Made by a program: the position numbers and the translations under genes | In this document: positions 1 to 11,296 of the stretch, piece by piece | Position numbering within the stretch: the stretch's first letter is position 1 | Layout of the letters: the number at the start of each line of letters is the position of its first letter | Notes under the pieces: generated by a model | What the model saw: only the letters and a program-made list of their open reading frames with translations | Databases searched by the model: none | Told to the model about the DNA's origin: nothing | Assembly (NCBI RefSeq): GCF_964204645.1 | Contig: NC_134034.1 | Location: 930,001 to 994,000 of the forward strand | Origin: Tubulanus polymorphus | Taxonomy: Eukaryota > Animalia > Nemertea | Reading direction: 5' to 3' | Length of the DNA stretch: 64,000 nucleotides

Positions 1-406
1 CTTCTGGTGGCCCTCCCACCGAAATATTAGTGTTGCTTTTTGCTCTGGGTTGCTTTTTATTTTCATTTTTACGACCTATTTGGATTTATTCGTTGTCCTT
101 GCCAGACTTTTTAGAAGGAACATTCGAATTTTGAAGGGGTTTGGACTAGTCCACCCGGTCACCCTCCTATATCTACCCTTGGGGGTTACAGAGAGCAAAC
201 ACCGAACTATAGCCTTGGAATGATAAGAGGGAATGGAAAAGGGAGGGGGTGGGGTGAAGGGAGGGGGCGAACATCAAGCGACGACGCATCGCGATAAAAA
301 TATTTTGAAGGGTTTCTATCTTCCCGCATCTTTCCCACCCGCCAACCCGTCGGCATCAGACGGGTTGGCGCTGCTCGATAAGGCTTCCCTAAAAAGTTCT
401 GACATT

Positions 407-3289
407 TCAATAAAAGTCGTGGCTTTTTGTGCGACATTTAACTCGAATTATAATGTTTTTCGAGACCAGAAATAAAAATCTGGCGGTTCCTGAATCGACG
501 ATGAAAGTCAGTGCGCGATCGAAGATAACGATCAGCAGGATTTATTTATACTCCGCTATTACTTGTTATAATCGGTTAAACGCTGTTTGTTACAACTCTA
601 GGAGTAGTAATCGGTTAAACGTTACTCTAGGAGTAGTAACCGTAAATAAACTATAGAAAAAAACTAGAAATAGTAGCAGTAAAAATAGCGGCATCAGTTT
701 ATAACGGGTAACAGAACCGCATTTTTATATGAACCATCTTTTATAAACAAGTCAGATTTATTATGATGTCTTTTATGAACAGATTAAAGATAATATTATG
801 ATGTCATAGGGGGATCTATGGGAGACGGACTTATTTTCTAGAAGTACCTTTTCAGATCTTTGATGATGTCATAGAGGGTGTATAGAGGCAGACTTATTTT
901 CTAGAAGTGTCTATAGATCTAATCACTAAAAGACAATTTGATGATGTCATAGGGGGATTTATGAAGGCAGACACTAGAAGTGCCTATAGATCAAATCACT
1001 AGTAGACAACTTGATGATGTCATAGGGGGATTTATGGAGGCAGACATCTTTTCTGGAAGTGTCTATAGATCAAATCACTAGTAGACAATTTGATGATGTC
1101 ATAGGGGGATTTATGAAGGCAGACACTAGTAGGGTCTATAGATCAAATCACTAGTAGACAATTTGATGATGTCATAGGGGGATTTATGGAGGCAGCCATC
1201 TTTTCTAGAAGTGTCTATAGATCTAATCACTAATAGACAATTTGATGATGTCATAGGGGGATTTATGAAGGCAGACACTACAAGTGTCTATAGATCAAAT
1301 CACTAGTAGACAATGTGATGATGTCATAGGGGGATTTATGGAGGCAGACATCTTTTCTGGAAGTGTCTGTAGATCGAATCGTGAAGCAGTGGTGGCAAGC
1401 TGTTGACTTTCTACAGGTTTCTACAAGTCTGTATTTATACCAGTTAAACATGAATCTATTTTTTCCCTTTCGATTTTAATTAAATTCAAACAATCGATTC
1501 TTCTCACACTTGACCGACCTCAATTCAACAACGCGCGATCATTATTTCAATTCAATTCATATTAAAGTTTTATTTTACTGTCAACATTAATTTAATTCAT
1601 GTACCGTAAACATAAACCTTCGTTTTATCGAGTTTAAAGTTAGTGAAATATGTTTGAAATATTCCGGAAAATTCTTGACATGATTTCAAAGTGACATTTG
1701 GCGGTCAATTGTTGTAGGATAGCAGTACAAACTTCAAACACACACGTTCAATACGTGGAGATTGCTTGAAAAAATGACATTCTTTCAAGCAATAGTTAAA
1801 ACGTTATTCGCCATGCTCGTGGCCAAAAAACCCTGATATTTTTCCAAGTGGCTTTTGCCCTTTTCGTGGCTTGATTTGGACCTGCCCTTGAAAATCCTGG
1901 CCACGTTCATGCAACCTACGTATTTGTATCTGAGTTAAAAAAACAGAACTGGGTCCAGTTTCACGAAAAAGTTTAAGTCTTAAAACGGTTAAGTTTGAAT
2001 TGTTGTCCTCATTGAAAACATGAAGTAACCAATGGCAATTACACCAAAAATTTGAGGTTAAATTTTTCGTGAAACCTGGCGCAGGACTCATAGAATTTTG
2101 AGAGAGAGAGAGGCAGAGAGAGGAGAGAGGGACAGAGAGGAGAGAGAGGGAGAGGAAAAGGAGAGAGGCAGAGAGAGAGAGAGGGGAGATAGAGGAGAGA
2201 GAGGTTAGAGAGAAGAGAGGGAGAGAGAGGAGGGGAAGAGGGGAGAGAGAGGAAAAGGAGAGTGAGGGGAGAGAGACAAGGACAGAGAGGAGAGAGAGAA
2301 GAGAGGGACAGAGAGAGAGGAGAGAGAGGAGAGAGGGGAGAGAGGGAAAAGAGAGGGGATAGAGGGGAGGAATGACACTTACCGGTTTTAGTATCAATAA
2401 TAATTTTCGCTGCTGATTTTTTCGGTCTTGCGTCTTGTTCATTTTCCTCGCGTATTTCACTCAATAGCATCAGAAAATCTTCGTATCTCATTTTCAACTC
2501 TTCAGACGTTATTCCGCTGTTTATCAGCTCTAACGATCTCTCCAACGATAATCTGTATAAAGATGGCGGCGACGCGAAACCGTATACCCTCGGTATCTTC
2601 TGCTGCAGCTCAAGCTCGTCTATTTCCGTCGAACCTTCGGTACTTTCCGCCGAAAAGAGTTCCGAATTACTGTTCTGTATTTCACTGTAATCAGTTTTTG
2701 CGAAGTTTTTCTCGTGTGTGCCGTTTCTAAGCTCGCGTTGCCGCGCTACCGCCCTGGTGACTGTCTCCGTTGCTATGGCGGATCTCCCCGTGGAGGCCGT
2801 ATCTTCCGTCGTCATGGTCACCGCCGATGATGACGTAATGATAGCGGACACGTCGGGTCCGCTTTGACCTTCACCGTCTCTAGATTCCGTAGTATCGTCT
2901 GTTTGAGAAGAACAGGTACACGTGACGTCACTACAAGTTCTCCTCGACAGACGGAACGCTCCGACTTTACGTAACTTATTCCGTTGCCGTTCCGCTCTGT
3001 TGGTCGAGTCCCGGTGACCCGCGGCAAGCGAGTCTGATGATAACATTGGCCGCGTTTTTATTTTCGGTACGGACACGATTCGTGGACGATGAAATCGCTC
3101 TAGAATTCGCAGACGATTTTCGTCAATCGGTTCCAGTAAGGCGGTCGGTTTTTGCGTCGTAGCTGTTGTTGATATCGCCGTGTTGTTGTTTATAGCAGCC
3201 GGTAATGTGAGGTTCAATAATTGCGAAGGTTTACGGCCCGTATCGCCGGAAGTGTGTCTAATAATGACATCGGCGCACATGGTGCCCAT
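407..3289 (-). CDS. Hypothetical protein, tentative 2-exon model (3289-2383, 489-407); S/T-rich low-complexity N-part, helical then beta-rich C-terminus
   Basis: Long GC-richer ORF (MGTMCADV...KIIIDTKT) ends at a G|GTAAG donor at 2382; a phase-compatible acceptor (cgattcag at 490) gives ...GTARFLFLVSKNIIIRVKCRTKSHDFY*. The ORF-track tail after 2382 is GA microsatellite. No family recognised; start and second exon are uncertain. Confidence 0.45.
795..1375. repeat. 79-bp repeat family array (tgatgatgtcatagggggatttatggaggcagacatc...), alternating 72/79-bp units
   Basis: Direct tandem units; same family at ~41590-41940, 49680-50045, 54795-55300, 56075-56415 and 60190-60455. Confidence 0.9.
2100..2370. 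repeat. GA-rich low-complexity/microsatellite tract
   Basis: Purine-only GA tract; others at 41040-41320, 52010-52245, 52600-53150 and 57660-58070. Confidence 0.95.
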
Positions 3290-3334
3290 CTCAGCTGTCT
3301 CACACAGAGGCACCGGAGTCTTCAAGTTATAATG

Positions 3335-3725
3335 TCCCAGATTGTGACTCTGAGTGCTGGAGTCTTTCCCTGATAGTGACTCTGAGTTCTAGAGTCTTGA
3401 AGTATGTACCAGATAGTGACTTTTCACGCTGGAGTCATTAAGTATGTCCTAAGAGAGTGAATCCCAGAGAGTGACTCTGAGTGCTGGAGTCTTTAAACCA
3501 GTGACTCTGGGTTCTGGAGTCTTATCGTATGTACCAGATAGTGACTCTTCACGCTGGAGTCATTAAGTATGTCCTAAGAGAGTGTCTCAAAGTGCTAGAG
3601 TCTTTAAGTATCTCCCAGATAGTGATTCAAAGTGCTGGAGTTTTTAAGTATCTCCCAGATAGTGACTCAAAGTGCTGGAGTCTTTAAGTATATCCAAGAG
3701 AGTGAGTGACTCAAAGTGCTAGACT
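3335..3725. repeat. Degenerate ~40-bp tandem repeat (ccagatagtgactc...gtgctggagtctttaagta)
   Basis: Recurring gtgactc / gctggagtc motifs at ~40-bp spacing. Confidence 0.75.
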
Positions 3726-5829
3726 TCAGCTCAGTGTTCGAACTAATTAATAAAGCCACAGATTATTTCTGCCTTCTATTCCACGCCGCACACTCGAGAC
3801 TGAACGAATCTCTGACTGTCCACCAGAATGTAGAATGCCGTCGTCGTCGTGAACCTCGAATATTCTTTAATCATTAAAATCTCAGGAATTTCTTCGGTAA
3901 ATTGTCCGTGACGGTGACCGCGCTCGCGGACACCGACAACCAACAGAGAATGAACCAACGACCACTCCTTATACGAGTATTCAGGTTTACTGTGAACCCT
4001 GATGACCCATTTCGCGTGTAGCGCTGCGTGTGCTGCGTGTGTTGCGAAATTATCGGCTTTTATTTTGATCTTCTGAAATGAAATCAAAAAGTTCAAAATG
4101 AAACGTTATTATAGTACAACGTACCACTCCCCTATTGAGTTAAATGAGGTTTAATCTTTTAATCCGTTAATCCGGTACGCTTCGTGTGTACAGTGAAATA
4201 TTTGTGGTTTTCATTGACGGCTGCGAGTTTCCTCTGAGGCCTGAGATTTAACAGTTTACAGAGGAGGGCCCCGCTGGTAGCTGGACCTCCCATATCTTAT
4301 CACCTAAAGCCCCTACAGTAAAGTATATTAGGTCTGGATTGCTCAAAGTTTGACCACTTTTAGACTTAAGTCACGACTGTGTAAGTAGCCCCGGACGATG
4401 ATCTCTATATTGTGAGTTCAAAACGTCAGTTGCTTTTATTTATATCATATGTTTCGAATTAGAGGCGTATCGTTTTTAAATTTGTACATAGCGGTTTCTA
4501 GTCATATTCATAGTTTATTTTGTGTTTTCATATTCATGTCGAGGATACATGTTATTACATGTTTTTCAGCGCACGTATCTGCGCGTGGTTTCAAGCACGA
4601 GTGAAACTACTTAAAGAAAAACCCCACTTCATTTCTGCTGTTATAGTGTTGAATATTCGAACTTTGTTCTTTCTTTCTGTTTATTTGCATTCGTGAAAAC
4701 TACTTCAGAAATTCTTGCACGCGAAACTATATTTATAACGCGGCTCGGTGGAGATGTGGAGTAGTTTCCTATTGAAATGTTAGGAAAGAGGAAATGCAGA
4801 GTCCAGAAGAAAGAAGGACATTCCTCAGATAAATCAACCGTGTCAATAGACACAATCAGGGTTCTGCCATCGGGGTCAGATATTTCTAGAGAAATGCACC
4901 GGAAATCGGTTCTACCACCGGAAATGATGTAATATTTCCATAGAGGGGATCAGCATCAATTTTGAAGCAGGTTTTGAAAACCTTTGTCCTGACAGAAAAT
5001 GACGAGACAAGCTTTAAGAATTTTGTTCTACAAGCACCTACATTAATGATTAATTTTCAACTTGCAGTTTTCAAAACGCTGAATGTTAAGCCCCTGGGCC
5101 GGTTTTATAGACTGGTATCAACTTTAACCCAGGGGCCGGTTGCATAGTCATGACTTAGACTTAAGACCTTTACAAGAAAATATATTGTTATCACATTTCA
5201 TTATTTATTATCATTATCATTTATGGGGGGTTCCTGTCCCCTGAAAGTATCCCCTATATAGATCCAGACACCCAGAACTCCGATCTGTTCTAGTGATAAC
5301 AGTAATGGCGCGGCATGTCTGTTTCATGTGGTCACAACCTACGATTGCTATCAACGAATATAGGAAATTTTTCGGTTGTAAATATTTCACCTTTGTTTCG
5401 CTTGGAGTCAATTTTGCGGTGGCGCTCACCGCCGACCCCGACCACGCTGTCACTGTCTATTGTTTGAATCGTGGTCGCTATTGACGCGCGCACAAAAACA
5501 AGTCATTATAATATTTCATATCTCTGTGGTCGGCGACAAAAATATCTGGAATTCCTCGCGGTTTTCACTATTCCACGGTCATTTATATACAAATAAATAA
5601 TAATCGTCAACCCCGGCCCGCTTATTGAATGAGTTTTAAACATAGGTGCAGAGATAATATACCTGTTTGTTTTTGGGATTACTCACATACTGTGTGATGA
5701 GGTCACGCAAACTATTACTGTCGTTATAAATCGATTCGTTTAAATAGTTTATTTTATTCGGTGTAAAAATTCCGAAAGTATGACGTCATGGCAGACGACA
5801 CCTGGGGTCACGTTGTGCAGTCGTGACTT

Positions 5830-6110
5830 CAGAAGTGTTGTTAGATTGTTTATAGAAACAAAATGATTTTAGACTGGTCTTAAGTTGTTAGATTGGTTAT
5901 ACAAACAAAATGAGCTTAGACTGGTCTTAAGTTGTAAGATTTGGTTAGACTAGGTTAGACTGGTCTTGTTAGTTTTTGTAGAACCAAAATGAGCTTAGAC
6001 TGGTCTTAAGTTGTTAGATCGGTTTTAGAAACAAAATGAGCTCAGACTGGTTTCACTAAGTTGTTAGATTAACTGAACTAATATGAGTTTAGACTAGTCT
6101 CAAGTTGACT
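5830..6110. repeat. 47-bp repeat family array (gagcttagactggtcttaagttgttagattggttatagaaccaaaat)
   Basis: Tandem units; same family at 39335-39550, 59615-59910 and 60905-61255. Confidence 0.85.
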
Positions 6111-6289
6111 ATATAAAGAACTTGGATGGTCTCAGGCTGGAGGTGAATGTATGCTTCGGCTGGGGCTTCTGATATTCATCTGTGGCATTAGCGGTTAGTG
6201 AGAATAATTAGCGAATTTTCACCACACCTGATTGGTCACCAGGCACCACGCACTGACCAGACAAATTCACAAACTCGGCTAATCACTAT

Positions 6290-6362
6290 TGGTCTATGGT
6301 CTAGTGGTTAGGCTGGTCGGCTGACACGCTGGTAGCTGTAGGTTCGAGTCCTGCTAGGGTTA
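6290..6362 (+). pseudogene. tRNA-like sequence (degenerate tRNA or tRNA-derived SINE head)
   Basis: A-box TGGTCTAGTGG and B-box GGTTCGAGTCC with an intact T-arm, but mismatched acceptor stem and imperfect anticodon arm. Confidence 0.55.
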
Positions 6363-7099
6363 GAAATGGACAAGCGAGGGAGATGTTTTTGGACGAGTTA
6401 CGGTAAGGGTCGACAATGATTTTGGTTCCGGGGCGGAATAAAAGACGTAATTTTTGTTTAACTGTCGGGTCAGGCTAGGTTTAGACCCGGGTCCAGAACC
6501 GTAGAACCAGGCCCTGTATCTTATGATAAATCGAACGAATAAAGATATAACTCTTCCCTTCGTGGTTACTGAGATACACCGATTTTATAAGTAGCGATTT
6601 TATTTGTAAAACATTTAACGGTTATTTCCGGACTCAGATTCGTGGCAAGAATCAACCGCAATAATTTCCGCCCGGAGTTCGAGATATTAATTATATCAGT
6701 AATTAGAGAAATATTTGTGGGTTGCGTGGAACCACAAACTCTCGACAACGAGAGAGTACTCAGAACGTGTTACACAAAACAGCAGTTCTCAAAACGTGCA
6801 ATACACAATACAAGACAGCAGTTCTCAAAACGTGCTAGGCGTACTTAAAAATAAACATTAGTCCATTTTCGAATTAATGGACGAATTCTGTCCGATTACT
6901 TGATAACTTAATCGAATAAGATTTAATTTGCGATTGGAATTCGCATTTTGATATCGTTGAATTTCATCAAATTAACTAAAAACGTAAATTGATTTGAAAA
7001 TGGACGCTGTTATTTAATTTAAGGTACGTGTTGAATTGAAAATTGATTAATTTGCTTCTGATGGATAGATTTTTTATCAGTTCTTGAGGTGGGTTGATA

Positions 7100-8038
7100 T
7101 ATAACTCACAGTTAACTCCAACTTTGTAGAACTGGATCATCCTGAGTTCGACGTTAACTCTGACTCACAACAGTAGAACTGGATCCTGAGTTCAGAGTTA
7201 TCTCTAACTTACAACTGTGGAACTGGATCCTGAGTTCGGAGTTATCTCTAACTCACAACTGTGGAACTGGATCCTGAGTTCGGAGTTAACTCTAACTCAC
7301 AACTGTGGAACTGGATCCTGAGTTCGGAGTTATCTCTAACTTACAACTGTGGAACTGGATCCTGAGTTCGGAGTTATCTCTAACTCACAACTGTGGAACT
7401 GGATCCTGAGTTCGGAGTTAACTCTAACTCACAACAGTTGAACTGGATCCTGAGTTCGGAGTTATCTCTAACTTACAACTGTGGAACTGGATCCTGAGTT
7501 CAGAGTTATCTCTAACTTACAACTGTGGAACTGGATCCTGAGTTCGGAGTTATCTCTAACTCACAACTGTGGAACTGGATCCTGAGTTCGGAGTTAACTC
7601 TAACTTACAACTGTGGAACTGGATCCTGAGTTCGGAGTTATATCTAACTTACAACTGTGGAACTGGATCCTGAGTTCGGAGTTATCTCTAACTCACAACT
7701 GTGGAACTGGATCCTGAGTTCGGAGTTATCTCTAACTCACAACTGTGGAACTGGATCCTGAGTTCGGAAATAACTCTAACTCACAACAGTTGAACTGGAT
7801 CCTGAGTTCGGAGTTAACTCTAACTCACAACAGTTGAACTGGATCCTGAGTTCGGAGTTATCTCTAACTCACAACTGTGGAACTGGATCCTGAGTTCGGA
7901 AATAACTCTAACTCACAACAGTTGAACTGGATCCTGAGTTCGGAGTTAACTCTAACTCACAACAGTTGAACTGGATTCTGAGTTCGGAGTTATCTCTAAC
8001 TCACAACTGTGGAACTGGATCCTGAGTTCGGAGTTAAC
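7100..8038. repeat. 44-bp tandem satellite (actgtggaactggatcctgagttcggagttatctctaactcaca), ~20 copies
   Basis: Highly homogeneous units; same family at 16620-16895, 38175-38300 and 43960-44227. Confidence 0.95.
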
Positions 8039-8516
8039 ATATTCAAAATTTGCTATAAGTATGAATGAGGCTATATTCTGTGTCCTGAGCCTCAGGTTTA
8101 AAAAGAACTCAAATCTTTGGCTTTATTGTTACTGGTTCTGACTCAACGCTTTCTTTGTTTGAGTAAATAACGAAGGTCAACGACATTTTCGACATTTTTG
8201 ACACGGTTGTTTTTAGATAGTAAAAATCTGATCAGACGAGGAAAATGTTCACGAAACAATTTGCGAAAGAATGGAATTCCTTCTAGAATATTTCCCTGAT
8301 AAAACATTCGAAGTATTTCACGGAGAACTTTTCAACGCCGTGGGATTAGGTAGGTTTTTAATTGTCGCTCAACCGATCCTAGAATTCCCTTCTGGCGCGT
8401 TCGATTCGACCAGAATACCCTCTACCACACACTAAACTCGAACCGAGACGAGCCAAACAAGAAATCCCGCCGGCGGCTCTCTATAACTGGTCCCAGAAAT
8501 TATAAAATTCAATCTT

Positions 8517-8681
8517 CAGGGCTGGGTTTCATAGATATGGAAGAAAAATAGTCCCTGGGAACATTTTGAAATTTTTCAGTTATAACCATGGTTTCTCATT
8601 GTTACTATGGTGGTTGTCACAAAAATTGAGGATTTACCCCTAGGGATAACTTTGATACTCAGTCTATGAAACCGGGCCCAG
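8517..8681. mobile_element. PIF/Harbinger-like MITE (family C)
   Basis: Imperfect TIRs ggctgggtttcataga / tctatgaaaccgggcc flanked by a CAG direct repeat (8517-8519, 8679-8681); superfamily inferred from the 3-bp CWG TSD and GGC(C) termini. Confidence 0.65.
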
Positions 8682-11296
8682 GAATGTACTTGTAACACAA
8701 TTAAAGAACGTTATAACGCTACTCTCTGTTTTAATGCATCTTATAACGCCAACATTTTTTTCGGAGAAAAAATCAGCTCAATCCAACTCAAATTCAATGT
8801 AAATTTCATTCTTTATAACGCTACCAATTCAACGCCACGTTTTCATCGGTCCCTAACAGTGGAGGCATTAAAAACCACTGAAACCGCTACCGTTTCTGAA
8901 TGTAGCGTTTTCTACCATAAATAAACGAAAAAACATGAAATTTTTTTTTTCAATACTTACCACAATTTATGAGTCGATTCCGAAACGCGTTTCTCTAAAT
9001 AGATAGATAGATAGATAAACCTCGATTTTCACTGTGAGCTGATAAACCGGCAACAGGGGTAAGACTACACTGTACCGCCGAGAGGTAATACTCAACACTG
9101 AGTGATAAACACATCGACTATTAGGTTAAATGTTCCTATCTAGATGCTGATTACATCGGTGATGAGCAATCTTGTTCGCTCTGACAGGAGCCACGCCCAC
9201 CGGAAAAATGAAAAAAAAAATCTAATCGTTTTTGAATAAATGAAAACTTGTTTCATAAGATAATTCATTCGTGAAGGTCGCCGTGAAGTCAATCCGATCA
9301 AGTGCTAATAATCCTCCTCGCTCGATCACTCCTGACTGCGCCATTGCGATAGATTAGTGTATTACAAAAAATGATTCAAATAAAAAATCAGATTCAGGTT
9401 TACTAGAAGATGATGGAAATCTTTAACATTCGGTGCCGGCACCGCTACTGTGTGGCAATCGAGGATTCCACGTATGGCAGGCGAGGATCCGTCAGGAGTC
9501 GCTAGTATAGATGGTTGGTCGTCCGAGTTCGGATTTCTTCCGCATTGGGATCGGTGTGGGGGTCACGAAATGACACGTTTAGTCAATCAGCGCCACTGTA
9601 GTCATCGCGAGGTTTTCTACTGGAGATAGCATGGCGACGCCCAGATGGATTCAACTATATTCCCAGATGCGATCGGTCAATGATCTGCCATCAGCAAACC
9701 CTATCATCAAAAGGGGGTTTAAGGGTAAAATTTTGAAACACAACTCGTTGTCCTTGTATCTATCTATAATAGTGACAAACATATGATATCTAGATTAGGT
9801 ATCATATGTTGGTCACTATGGAACAAAGCTTGGATCCCTCCCTGGCGCCCCTACGCTGAAAATATTCTATCCAGAGGCGCCTCGCTGAGGCATCGATGCA
9901 TTCGCCATCTGGCGTAATAAACGGTCTCTAATCCGATATTATTTTCAGAGTCTGAAGTAATTGATGAAAAATAATGTAAACTTGTTAAAAACAGAGGGAT
10001 CTTCCAAACCTACAAATATCCCTAACAACCGGGTAAATATCATAACAGTTGGGCCTCAACTCAACGCTGTATATGAACCGCGCCTGCGGTTGTAGCACGG
10101 TCGGCATCACGTTGCGTCTATTGCCGTTAACAACCACGCCGTTTACACCTCCTGTCGCTTAGCGACGACGTAAAAGACAAAACCTAACGTAAGGGATCAA
10201 TAAACACACGGATATGAATGTGAGCGTTATATTATAGCGGTAACTGGGTTTTAGAGTACTGGTGCGTTACTGCGACTGATCGTGCTGGTGCCGTGGTTAT
10301 TTCTGCAGGTGCTGGTGCTGGTCAGGTGTTTCGGTAATATTTCAGAGTGTATAGTCAAGAGGTCAGTAACGTTTAAGGCTAGGGGTCAAAGAGGTCAGTA
10401 TTGTGGCACTGGATCGAGTGACGGCTGCGGACTAGGGGTCAGTTAGGTGCTCGGCCAGGGGTTGTTAGGTGTAGGGCTCGGGCCGTGGACAGTGAGGTGC
10501 AGGGCTAGGGGTCAGTATAGTTCAAGGGTCGGTGAGATCCAGGGCCAGGGGTGCGTATGGTGTACGATGGGCTAGGATTCAGTAGGTCAGTATAAGATCA
10601 ATACGATTTTTGCAGAAATTGTAAAGTCTTCAGGTTAATGTGGCTAGCTATACCCCCGGCCACACTGCTTCTAAGCACCGTTTACTATAGACTTGTCTTG
10701 GTGTGAAATTTTTCTAAAATGAAATTCTTATTGAAATCTATAGTCCATGTGAACTAATTGGCGACACCCAGTGTTCTGGTACTGGGTATTTACGGGTAGC
10801 TAGGCTACACGTAAATAAAGACGTAAAAATCTAATCCGGTTTTGTCGAAAGAAATATCGGTTCTCTCTGTACATTGTTTGTACAGTGGATATTTATACCT
10901 GTACAGTGGTTATACCTGCGGTGTATATGCATAGACAACAGTTCAGCCAGTGGTGTAATTAATTAAAGTTTAATTAGTCTCGTTGCGCGGTAGGTAATTA
11001 GTACTGATTTAGTTAATTAGGGATTTAATTGCTTTATTACCGGCACAGTTAGTTTATCGATTCTATGATTTATGGTATAAAATCCCTGCAAACAAAGAAT
11101 GAAATATGTCCGAATTGTGTCCTCAAGCTTAGTGAGTTCGTGATAGATGTGGGCACAAGAAGAATCTTGTTTGATTCTTAGTGTGCAGGGATTTTGTATC
11201 ATTTCTAGAAAGTATCATTTTGTATCATTTTTAGGTTTCAATATCGACTTTTCATCAAATGGTTGTTTATGGTTTTTCAGAGCGATCTTTCTAAAC

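Noticed and set aside
3776-4096. 106-aa minus-strand ORF
   Set aside because: No recognisable motifs; more likely UTR of the downstream gene or a chance ORF
6290-6362. Functional tRNA genes here and at 14840-14911
   Set aside because: Acceptor stems do not pair; better explained as SINE heads or pseudogenes
7100-8038. CRISPR-like appearance of regular arrays (also 23735-24391, 28756-29410, 45817-47262)
   Set aside because: Units are contiguous with no unique spacers, there are no cas genes, and the context is an intron-rich eukaryote
8965-8995. GAAACGCGTT hammerhead-like half motif
   Set aside because: No upstream CUGANGA box or convincing stems
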